Translations under genes and position numbers: made by a program | Shown here: in pieces, positions 1 through 8,900 of the stretch | Position numbering within the stretch: the first letter of the stretch is position 1 | Layout: every line of letters starts with the position of its first letter | Notes under the pieces: generated by a model | Database searches by the model: none | Told to the model about the DNA's origin: nothing | Seen by the model: the letters and a program-made list of their open reading frames with translations, nothing else | Assembly: GCA_964358895.1 (NCBI GenBank) | Contig: CAYHPR010000001.1 | Span: 9,218-73,217, forward strand | Direction: 5' to 3' | DNA: 64,000 nt | Source of the DNA: Candidatus Micrarchaeota archaeon | GTDB taxonomy: Archaea > Micrarchaeota > Micrarchaeia > CABMEP01

Positions 1-41
1 CTGCTTACCTTTTTTATCCTACATATTCTTTTCCAGTTAAT

Positions 42-818
42 TTGTTTAAACATAAACCAACAAATGGATTTCCATTATTAGTTGGGATTGTCGGAAGCGG
101 CGGTTTCCATTCAGATTATATAAAATATGCTAGATTTATTACTGGATTTGGATACGCAGTCGTTATACCTTCCTACAGAAGTTTGGAGCAGGCTGGAACG
201 GATAAGCTGTTTTTAGCAAAACAAGCAAGCGATGTAGAGATTGGTATCAACCTGATAAAAGAAAAGAGTGAAGTAATAGACTCCTCAAAGATAGTTTTGA
301 TGGGAGGCAGCTTAGGAGCAGCTATTGCAATAGAATTACTAACAAATGGAGTTAAAGCAAAAGATGCTATCCTGTTCAATCCACCTTGCAGACTCAAAAT
401 AATTTATGATAACGCAATGTTTTCTGATGACCAAGTTCTTAGACATGCTGTAGCAACTATTGAAAAAGATCTAAACCTGGATAAACTATCAGTTAAAGAA
501 AAAACTGAGTTGTTAAATAGCTTGTCTCTTCTACCTAAAGTTTCTAAAATAAATATAAACGGTTGCGTATATATAATTCAGGGAGAAACAGATGACATAG
601 TACCTGCTAAAGAGGCTGAAGCTCTACATGAAGAACTTATTAAACTAGGAAAAAATGCAAGGCTGATAAGAACACCCGGAAGTGGCGCTCATTTTGTTTA
701 TAAATTTCAAAAATTTACTGTAAAAAAAGTCTCGACTGAACTACGCTCTTACGTGAACGAAGTTTTTGAACCAATAAGATTAATATCAGAAACTATGCAA
801 ATTTTAGAACAAAAATAA
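42..818 (+). CDS. alpha/beta-fold hydrolase (dienelactone-hydrolase/esterase-like)
   Basis: 258-aa ORF with GGSLG nucleophile elbow (GxSxG), an acidic residue in GETDD and a His in GAHF consistent with a Ser-Asp-His triad. Family assignment is from motifs only. Confidence 0.55.
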   Translation: MFKHKPTNGFPLLVGIVGSGGFHSDYIKYARFITGFGYAVVIPSYRSLEQAGTDKLFLAKQASDVEIGINLIKEKSEVIDSSKIVLMGGSLGAAIAIELLTNGVKAKDAILFNPPCRLKIIYDNAMFSDDQVLRHAVATIEKDLNLDKLSVKEKTELLNSLSLLPKVSKININGCVYIIQGETDDIVPAKEAEALHEELIKLGKNARLIRTPGSGAHFVYKFQKFTVKKVSTELRSYVNEVFEPIRLISETMQILEQK

Positions 819-821
819 AAC

Positions 822-2270
822 TCACTTGAGATAATCGGTAATGGTTGGCTGTTCTTTCTTCTTTCTCTTTATCTTTCCTGACTTAATACCTTTAATTATT
901 TTGTGCATTGTTTTCTCACGTGCAGCTGCAACCCATCTGAATGTCTCGTCACGAGTACCTTTGGCAAGTAGAACAATTACTTTACCTTCTTTAGTTCTAC
1001 CGACACGGCCTCTTCGCTGGATAGATCGGATTTCGGATGGAACAGGTTCAAAGAAGATAGCTACATCAACGGCAGGAATATGAATTCCTTCTTCTCCGAT
1101 GCTGCTTGCAACAAGAATATTGAACTTATCAGCAGCAAATTCTTCTAGTGTTTCTTTCTGCAAGTTCCGGGTTCCTTCTTTTTTACCAAGGAAACTCTTT
1201 GCATAAAAATTATTTTCTGTTAGCACTTTAACGATATGATTTACCTGGTCACGATATTGTGCAAAAATAATAACCTTCTTGCCAGCCAGTTCTGGTTCTT
1301 TAAGTTTAGATAAAAGAACCCCCATTTTGGGATGTTCCAGTTTCTTCTCTTGAATTAGTTTCTGGACCTTAAGGATGCGCCAGTCTACGTTTTTTTTCCT
1401 TTCCTTCAACCGCTCTACGAATTGATCGAATGCATAAGGTCCTTCTGTCTCAAGAAGTTCATTACCGTGGAATGCATTATAGAAAACTGAGAAGTGGCCA
1501 AGAGCTGCGAAATATTTATTTTGGATTAATGAGTGATAGATTTGAGAGAGCCGTCCTCGAGAGAGCTTGGTTGTCACTTGAATATTAAGAGAGCTAAGCG
1601 TCTTTGCTTTTTCTTCCATCAGCTGATTCATCAAATTGATTGCTTCTTTCAGTTCAGGTGACAAATCTACATAAACCCATTCTACGTCAAGAGGCTGAAT
1701 ATATTGTTTAACATCTTTCTGAGTATCTGTACGGATTTCTACGTTATCTATGAATAGTGAATCCATTATCTGCTGAATTCTATCTGCTTTGCCGCCAGGG
1801 GACGCCGTAAGACCAATTATCAACAGTCCGTTTTCCTTCGCATGTTTTGCAACATGAGTATATGCATACTTACCTACAGCTCTGTGGCACTCATCAATTA
1901 CTATGCAACCAAAACCTGAGAACAACGCAGGTTGTTCATTTAGATCATTGTTGATTGTCTGAGGAGTGGCTATAATGACTTTTATTTTCTTATCAGCATA
2001 TAGATGAAGTCTGTCATTAGGGTGCATTTCACCAGTTATGACGGTAGGTTCGATGTTGAGATACTCTCTGATCTTTTTATCATGCTGGTCAACTAAAGGT
2101 CTTGTCGGTGCAAGAAACATGCATTTTTTGTCATTTTTCAAAAAATATTCTATAACAAGTGCCCCGATAAGCGTCTTTCCGAGACCCGTTGGTAAGATTA
2201 CTAACGTATTCCCTTTCTTTATGATGTGATCTGCAATCTTCTGTTGATACTCTCTTGCTGTTACTTCCAT
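822..2270 (-). CDS. Hef/FANCM-like SF2 DEAH-box helicase (helicase module only, no ERCC4 nuclease domain)
   Basis: 482-aa ORF with Walker A PTGLGKT, DECH box and motif VI QRRGRVGR. Has a K-rich C-terminal tail and no nuclease domain. Confidence 0.6.
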   Translation of the reverse strand: MEVTAREYQQKIADHIIKKGNTLVILPTGLGKTLIGALVIEYFLKNDKKCMFLAPTRPLVDQHDKKIREYLNIEPTVITGEMHPNDRLHLYADKKIKVIIATPQTINNDLNEQPALFSGFGCIVIDECHRAVGKYAYTHVAKHAKENGLLIIGLTASPGGKADRIQQIMDSLFIDNVEIRTDTQKDVKQYIQPLDVEWVYVDLSPELKEAINLMNQLMEEKAKTLSSLNIQVTTKLSRGRLSQIYHSLIQNKYFAALGHFSVFYNAFHGNELLETEGPYAFDQFVERLKERKKNVDWRILKVQKLIQEKKLEHPKMGVLLSKLKEPELAGKKVIIFAQYRDQVNHIVKVLTENNFYAKSFLGKKEGTRNLQKETLEEFAADKFNILVASSIGEEGIHIPAVDVAIFFEPVPSEIRSIQRRGRVGRTKEGKVIVLLAKGTRDETFRWVAAAREKTMHKIIKGIKSGKIKRKKKEQPTITDYLK

Positions 2271-2351
2271 TAAGAAATTTACGAAAGCTATTTAAAATAA
2301 TCTTAACAGAGTTTAATGTTAGTTCAGTGTAATAGATTTTGTGGGATAAAA

Positions 2352-2549
2352 ATGGCAACTCTTCCTATAGCTGCAGTTGAAAGACTGATCAGATCCGTCG
2401 GTGCAGGCCGCGTAAGTAAAGATGCAGCTGAAGCATTAGCAGCTATTCTTGAACAAAAGGGAGGGCAAATTGCAACTAAAGCAGTCAAACTTGCAAGACA
2501 TGCTGGAAGAAAAACAGTTACCGGCGATGACATAAAACTTGCAGACTAG
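2352..2549 (+). CDS. archaeal histone (HMfB family)
   Basis: 65-aa product starting MATLPIAAVERLIR..., histone-fold signature typical of HMfA/B. Start placed at the internal Met of the longer ORF 2316..2549. Confidence 0.85.
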   Translation: MATLPIAAVERLIRSVGAGRVSKDAAEALAAILEQKGGQIATKAVKLARHAGRKTVTGDDIKLAD

Positions 2550-2596
2550 GATAGCTAGATATAAAGGAATATAAAGTTCTTCGCACTTATTTTTTT

Positions 2597-3556
2597 ATGG
2601 CAGTTGTTAAAGAAAAAAAAGCAGAAAAACAGTTCGAACAAATGGAACCGAAAGTTGGAAAAAGTATTAGCAACAAAGAGAACTATATCGCGATTATAAA
2701 AAAAGCGGAAGAATTGGATCCTTTAAACACTTCTTTGGCACTTTCTGAATTTAATAGAAAAACGAAAAATCTAAAACTCACAGCAGACCTAGCGACGGTT
2801 CTTTTAGAGCACCAAAAAAATCCAAACACCCTTAGAGGATATAGTGAAACCATACTCAGATTAAATAAAGAAAATGCAGAAGATTTTATAAAAACTCATG
2901 AAGAAGTTTTGTCCGTCCTAAAAAAGGAACACGGGATAGAAAATTTTGGAAGACATCCCTGGAAAGTTCTAAAACAGATGTATGAGGATATAGATAAGAA
3001 GCCGGAGAAGCCGCTTGCTCTATTGATATTTGCCAATTTTGATAACAATGGAGTTTTTTATCGAAGCGCCAAAGTTGTTGAAGAACTATCAAAACATTAC
3101 GAGGTTAAAATAACCGAAGTAAAAACTGACAAAGAGATGGAAGAACAGATCAAGAAGATCTCAGGAAAATACGGTAAAGCGGATTTTGTAATGATAACGG
3201 GACACGGACAATCAGATAGGATTAAACTCTCAGATATTGAAAGTAGAGATCCAGTCGCAGGCTTTTTTGATATTGGAGACATCAATGTGATTAATGCGAT
3301 TGCTTCTGCGACAAACAAAAATGCGAAAGTGTTCTTGAATTCCTGTTCCACTGCTGAAGGAGGTACTCAGTCAATTGCGTCGGCAATACATAAAACCGCG
3401 GGAGTTGAAGTTCACGCACCTCCGGAACCGGCAAGAATAGACTCAATAAAATTTGAATTAAATAAAGAAGGAATTGTTGTAAATGTTAACTATCTAAAAG
3501 AGGAAGGAGAGCCTGTCAAAGAAATAATCTACAAAAAAACAAGTAATACCTTATAA
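2597..3556 (+). CDS. hypothetical protein with C-terminal caspase/CHAT-like His-Cys domain
   Basis: 319 aa. Hydrophobic strand LALLIFANF, then MITGHGQ (His-Gly), then about 50 aa later FLNSCSTAEGG (Cys). This spacing and context is typical of caspase-fold (CD-clan) peptidases. The N-terminal about 150 aa is helical and of unknown function. Confidence 0.35.
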   Translation: MAVVKEKKAEKQFEQMEPKVGKSISNKENYIAIIKKAEELDPLNTSLALSEFNRKTKNLKLTADLATVLLEHQKNPNTLRGYSETILRLNKENAEDFIKTHEEVLSVLKKEHGIENFGRHPWKVLKQMYEDIDKKPEKPLALLIFANFDNNGVFYRSAKVVEELSKHYEVKITEVKTDKEMEEQIKKISGKYGKADFVMITGHGQSDRIKLSDIESRDPVAGFFDIGDINVINAIASATNKNAKVFLNSCSTAEGGTQSIASAIHKTAGVEVHAPPEPARIDSIKFELNKEGIVVNVNYLKEEGEPVKEIIYKKTSNTL

Positions 3557-3958
3557 CCTCATCAACGCATATAGGAGTATTACGTCAAGAATTCCGAATG
3601 CAATAAGCATCAGATTTGCTGCTGAACCAAATATTAATGCGGCAGGTACACCTTCAAGAACCAATAGTTCCATTATAAATACAGAAATAACTGTCAGTGC
3701 CTTTGAAACGAATAATCCGAATTCGAAAACCGCGTAACTACCGACAAAAACAGTTATTATCCATAAAAAAATCGAAAGAGGTTGGAATTCAGTAAACCAT
3801 AATCCGAACGAAGATGCCAGGATTAATAGTAAAAGTGCAACAATTCTTGTCTTAAGCCCTTTCTGAACTTCCTCATGTGAAGGAAGTTTTCTACCTGATC
3901 TAATTGACGGTTTGATTGGTTTTGGATGTCCACTAAATCCACCATACTTTCGCGCCAT
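3551..3958 (-). CDS. small integral membrane protein (3-4 TM), unknown function
   Basis: 135-aa ORF that is strongly hydrophobic with a basic N-terminus. No recognisable motif. Confidence 0.4.
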   Translation of the reverse strand: MARKYGGFSGHPKPIKPSIRSGRKLPSHEEVQKGLKTRIVALLLLILASSFGLWFTEFQPLSIFLWIITVFVGSYAVFEFGLFVSKALTVISVFIMELLVLEGVPAALIFGSAANLMLIAFGILDVILLYALMRL

Positions 3959-3977
3959 AACAAAACACCGTTATCGA

Positions 3978-4226
3978 TCAAGCAACTAATGAGACGTCTT
4001 CAATCTGAACTTGACTGACTCCTTTTATGCTCTTAAGCTTCTCTTCGATGTCGCCACCTTCCTTGTCAGAAACAACAACCATTACTTTGAGGGCTTTTGC
4101 TCCGAAGCCTATATCCTCAATTCTTGCATCAACAAGGCGCATAGACTGTGAAATGCTTGCCTTTATTTCATTAAGCTTGGATGCGTCTTCCGCAAAGATC
4201 TTAGCTACTACAGTTACATTTGCCAT
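3978..4226 (-). CDS. translation elongation factor 1-beta (aEF-1beta)
   Basis: 82 aa with the IEDIGFGAKALKV...VQIEDV pattern typical of archaeal EF-1beta, which is about 85-90 aa. Confidence 0.8.
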   Translation of the reverse strand: MANVTVVAKIFAEDASKLNEIKASISQSMRLVDARIEDIGFGAKALKVMVVVSDKEGGDIEEKLKSIKGVSQVQIEDVSLVA

Positions 4227-4320
4227 AAGTTAATTTACAGAAAGTAATAAAAAGCTGTTACGGTATGGTATAGTTATCTGAATTCTGATTCTATTCAGCA
4301 ATATCAGACTAGGTGTAATT

Positions 4321-4467
4321 ATGAAGATATGTATAAGCTGCGGAAAACAAGCAAAACAATATACGGAATTTGAAGATCCAAAAGATGCAGAAAAAATAGT
4401 CAGATGCTTCCATTGTAAAAAGATGGCAATCGAATACAAAACTGCATGTGGATTTATGGGCCCGTAA
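4321..4467 (+). CDS. small zinc-ribbon protein (48 aa)
   Basis: Hand-translated ORF MKICISCGKQAKQY...VRCFHCKKMAIEYKTACGFMGP with a CxxC...CxxC pair. Below the 60-aa ORF-track cutoff, so coding status is unverified. Confidence 0.3.
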   Translation: MKICISCGKQAKQYTEFEDPKDAEKIVRCFHCKKMAIEYKTACGFMGP

Positions 4468-4478
4468 ACATCTGATTT

Positions 4479-5186
4479 TTAATCAAAATTTATTTTAACT
4501 TGCTTTGTTTTGAATTTTAATTTTCTTAACATATTCTTTGTTGTCGCCCATTCAGACCTCAGATATTTGCTAAGTGTCGGAGTCTCTATGTATTTTTCAA
4601 GACAAGCGATGGTATTGGCATCATGGCTGTAACCTGTCCCAAAATCGCATCGCAGTTCTTTCTTTATCTTCTCAATCTCTGCGTCTCTAACTGTCTTTGC
4701 AATCACACTGGCAGCACTGCAAATAGGAAAGAGAACGTCGGCTTTATGAGAAGAATGCAGTTTTCCTTCGACTTTTACTGAAGAAGAAAGATAAGATTTG
4801 ATCCTATGCGAAAACTTGAGTGCGTCTGGATCTGGTGAATCAAGGTATATGGTTTCGATCTTTTCCAATTTTTTTGGATCTATCTCCTTAATCAGATCAG
4901 CAAGTTTCATTGCTTCAATTGCATTGAGGCTGATTCTCTGTTTCATTAGTGTATTCAGTTCTTTTGCAGTAATCTTTGCAACATGTACTTCACACATCTG
5001 CCTTATTTCAGGAGCTAGCTCCTCTCTTCGTTCAGGCTTCAGAAGTTTTGAATCACGAACTCCAATTTTCTTAAGATCTGATTCTATATCTTTTGGACAG
5101 ATTGCAAGACACATCACTAATGGACCGATGACTGGCCCACGACCGGCTTCATCGGCTCCTGCAACAAACGTAGTAGTTGAGGACAT
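4479..5186 (-). CDS. rnhB: ribonuclease HII
   Basis: N-terminal VAGADEAGRGPVIGPLV motif (DEAGRG catalytic site) and length of 235 aa. Confidence 0.9.
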   Translation of the reverse strand: MSSTTTFVAGADEAGRGPVIGPLVMCLAICPKDIESDLKKIGVRDSKLLKPERREELAPEIRQMCEVHVAKITAKELNTLMKQRISLNAIEAMKLADLIKEIDPKKLEKIETIYLDSPDPDALKFSHRIKSYLSSSVKVEGKLHSSHKADVLFPICSAASVIAKTVRDAEIEKIKKELRCDFGTGYSHDANTIACLEKYIETPTLSKYLRSEWATTKNMLRKLKFKTKQVKINFD

Positions 5187-5240
5187 ACCAGTATATAGTA
5201 GATATTATAAAATAAACCACGACAACAGATCTAAGATAGT

Positions 5241-5693
5241 ATGAAATGCCCTTATTGCTCTCATAAAGAAACCGACGTAATCGATTCAAGGGATACTGAG
5301 GATCTTACGTCTATACGCAGGAGAAGGGAGTGTCCAAACTGTGAAAAAAGGTTTACTACTTATGAAAAAATGGAAGATCTTGGAATGATTATTATCAAAA
5401 AAGACGGAAGGCATGAAAAGTTTGACAAACAGAAACTGATAAAGGGATTGATGAGAGCCTGTGAAAAAAGACCAGTTAGTTTTGAACAGATAGAAGAAAC
5501 TGCGGATGAAATCGAGAGAGAATTGAGGAAAAGGGATGAAAAAGAAATCAGAAGTAGCATAATTGGAGAGTTTGTAATGAAAAAATTGAAGAAACTGGAT
5601 AAAGTTGCATATATCAGATTTGCGTCGGTGTATCGTGAATTCAAAGATGTTTCTGACTTCAAAAAAGAGCTTCAATCGTTGCTTAAAAAATAG
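5241..5693 (+). CDS. nrdR: transcriptional repressor NrdR (Zn-ribbon + ATP-cone)
   Basis: MKCPYCSHKETDVIDSRDTED...RRRRECPNCEKRFTTYE Zn-ribbon followed by an ATP-cone. 150 aa. Sits immediately upstream of the RNR gene on the same strand. Confidence 0.85.
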   Translation: MKCPYCSHKETDVIDSRDTEDLTSIRRRRECPNCEKRFTTYEKMEDLGMIIIKKDGRHEKFDKQKLIKGLMRACEKRPVSFEQIEETADEIERELRKRDEKEIRSSIIGEFVMKKLKKLDKVAYIRFASVYREFKDVSDFKKELQSLLKK

Positions 5694-5834
5694 AATTTTT
5701 ATTGCAAATAAAAGTTCTGATAGCTAAATTTTCTTTGATAAGATAAATAGAAACACAAACCAACAGATTTAGAAAATAGGATCTAGTTTATGAAAATTTT
5801 GACTTAATTTAAACTTATTTCTGGTTTTATTTTC

Positions 5835-5853
5835 AACAGTTTTCAAAACTGTT
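5835..5853. promoter_or_regulatory. perfect 19-bp palindrome AACAGTTTTcAAAACTGTT in the nrdR-RNR intergenic region
   Basis: Read directly: 9-bp arms around a single centre nucleotide. Function unknown (operator or hairpin). Confidence 0.3.
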
Positions 5854-5868
5854 CGAGGTTAAACGTAA

Positions 5869-5927
5869 CCTTTATAAACACTGTATATAGTAGTACTAGC
5901 CGTTGCAAACCACAATTGGTTGTGGTT
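5869..5927 (+). promoter_or_regulatory. RNR promoter region: TATA-like box (cctTTATAAAca) plus two candidate NrdR boxes
   Basis: TTTATAAA at 5871-5878. Box 1 ACACTGTATATAGTAG (5878-5893) matches about 13/16 positions of the NrdR consensus acaCwAtATaTwGtgt. Box 2 AACCACAA-ttgg-TTGTGGTT (5908-5927) is an 8-bp inverted repeat whose CACAA/TTGTG arms match the NrdR half-sites. Confidence 0.3.
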
Positions 5928-5972
5928 ATTCGACATTTGTAGATATTTGGGCACAGGACCAGAGTTTGAGGT

Positions 5973-8900
5973 GTGAGCATGGAAAAAAAGGGAGAGCAGA
6001 AGGCATCTGATACTAATTTATTACAGAATTTTAGATTTGAAAGGAATTATACTAAAGAGGGAGTTCATCCGTTTGACGAAATCAAATGGGAACATAGAGA
6101 TGCAGTAATTAATGATTCAAAAGGAAAGGTTGTTTTTAGCCAGAAAAATATTGAAGTTCCTGCTTCTTGGTCACAAACTGCAGCAAATATCGCAGTCTCG
6201 AAATATTTCAGAGGAAAACTAGACACTACAGAAAGAGAAACAAGTGTTAAACAGATAGTAACTAGAGTTGCTAAAACAATAACTTATTGGGGACGCAAAG
6301 GAAACTATTTTGCTGATGAAAAAGAAGCAGCCATATATGAAGCTGAACTAACTCACATTCTCGTAAATCAGATGGCTGCATTCAACAGCCCAGTATGGTT
6401 TAATGTTGGATTCGAAAAGGAAAAAGTCCAATGTAGTGCGTGTTTTATCAACTCTGTTCAAGACGACATGAAATCGATCCTGAATTTGGCAGTGACAGAA
6501 GGAATGCTTTTCAAATATGGATCTGGAACAGGATCCAACTTGTCCTCTCTTCGTTCATCAAGAGAACAGTTAAGTGTTGGCGGAATTGCATCAGGACCGG
6601 TTTCTTTCATGAAAGGTTATGACGCATTCGCCGGGGTTATTAAGAGTGGTGGCAGAACGAGAAGAGCTGCTAAAATGGTTATCTTAAACGCAGACCATCC
6701 AGATATTTTAGAATTTATTTGGTGTAAGGCAAAGGAAGAAAAAAAGGCATGGGCACTGATAGATGCAGGTTTTGATCCAAGACTTGATGGAGAAGTTTAC
6801 ACAAACATATTCTTTCAGAATGCAAACAACAGCGTTCGTGTGACTGACGAATTCATGGAAGCAATTGTTAAGGATAACGAATGGAAAACTTACGCAGTCA
6901 CAGACAAGAACAGAGTCGTAGACACACATAGAGCTAAAGATGTAATGAATGCGATCGCAGAGGCTACGCACCAGTGTGGAGATCCCGGCCTCCAATTTGA
7001 TACTACAATCAACAAGTGGCATACTTGTCCGAACAGTGGTAGGATTAATGCGAGTAACCCCTGTGTAACAGGAGATACAAAAGTTTTAACTGAGGGAGGA
7101 AGGTGGATAAGGATAGATAAGTTAGTTGGTAAAGAAAGCAAGGTTATTGTTAATACAGGTTTATTGACAGCTCTCCCAGTTAATGGTTCATTCAAAACTG
7201 GTGAAAAGCCAGTCTATAGAATGACTACAAAAAATGGTTATGAAATAAAATTGACTGCTGATCACAAAGTGTACACTATAAATCGTGATTTCGTTCCTGC
7301 CGCTGAACTGACTAAAGATGACTTTGTTTTGTTACCTGGCTCTCAAGTTGCAGAAATAAAAGACTCTTCGAATTCTAGCTTCTACCAGATGGTTGGAGTT
7401 TATTTAGGAGACGGGTACAGTAATGGAAAAACTATACAATTAACTATGCATCCAACTGAAGAAAAACAAATTTTAGAGAAGTTTGCTACATATCTTTCTG
7501 GTATAGAAAGAACGACGCATAAGAACGGCCCAGGCACAGTTGCACTAACGTCTACAAGCAGTAAACTTACAGTTATAAACAAAAGAGTAATTGAAAGGTT
7601 TACCCAATTAGTAGACCTCAAGCTCCATTCACATGAAAAAACAATTAGTGATGAAATCTTTATCCTGCCTTTAGGTGAACAAAAGAGTATTCTACAAGGG
7701 CTGTTCACGTCTGATGCAACTGTTGCAAACTATGGAGATAAATCACAGTACATTTCACTTGATTCAACCAGTTTAGAACTACTTAAAGGCGTTCAGATAC
7801 TACTTTTAGGATTTGGCATAAAAAGCAAGCTCTATAAGGATCGAAGAGCCGGTAAGTTAAAGAGCTTCTTACCTGATGGAAAAGGTGGTTTAAAGGAATA
7901 CGATGTAAGAGAAATGAATTCTCTTAGGATCTCAAGATCAAGTCGTTACTTATTTGAAAAGCTTATCGGATTTATGTCAGAATCAAAGAAAGCAAAACAA
8001 TTATCTGACATGAATAAACAAGTTGAAACTTACAATGATATGCCATTTGACAGAGTGGAGTCATTGGAATATATCGGAGTAGAAAAAGTATATGATTTGA
8101 CAGAACCAATTACTCATACGTTTGTTGCAAATGGTATCACTATTCACAATTGTAGCGAGTATATGTTTCTTGACGACAGCGCCTGTAACTTAGCAAGCCT
8201 TAATCTAATGAAATTTTATGATGAAAGTAACGGAGTATTTGATGTTGAATCGTTCAAACATGCGAACGCAGTCATGATAACAGCACAAGAAATTATAGTT
8301 GGCAATGCATCTTACCCTACGCCGTCAATTGAAAAGAACAGCCATGACTTCAGGCCGCTAGGTATCGGCTATGCGAATCTTGGAGCGCTACTAATGGCAC
8401 AGGGATTAGCATATGACAGCGATGAAGGAAGAAACTTCGCAGCTGCAATCAGCGCATTGCAGTCCGGATATTGCTATTATATTTCTGCATTAATTGCAAA
8501 TAAGCTCGGTCCGTTCGCAGGTTACAAGAAAAATGAACAACCTATGCTTAACGTAATTGATATGCACAGAAAACATGCATATATGATTGACAGAAATGGA
8601 GCTCCTGAAGAACTTCTCAGTCAAGCAGGAGAAAGCTGGGATCAGGCTTACAAAGCAGGTAAACAATATGGATTCAAAAATGCTCAGATCTCCGTCATCG
8701 CACCTACAGGAACAATTGGATTAATGATGGACTGCGACACCACAGGAATAGAACCTGAAATTGCACTTGTAAAATACAAATGGTTGGTCGGAGGAGGAAT
8801 GATTAAATTTGTCAATCAAACCGTTCCAGTTGCACTAAGAAGGTTAGGATACGCTGATGATCAAATTGATGAAATTCTTAAATATATAGATGAAAACGAT

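Noticed and set aside
4230-4439. Numerous 60-130-aa ORFs antisense to or embedded in larger genes (for example 173..397, 841..1083, 4027..4233, 4230..4439, 5286..5675, 6708..7195, 19519..19965, 37199..37582)
   Set aside because: They are contained within well-supported genes on the other strand or frame, have low-complexity translations, and are typical AT-rich-genome artefacts.
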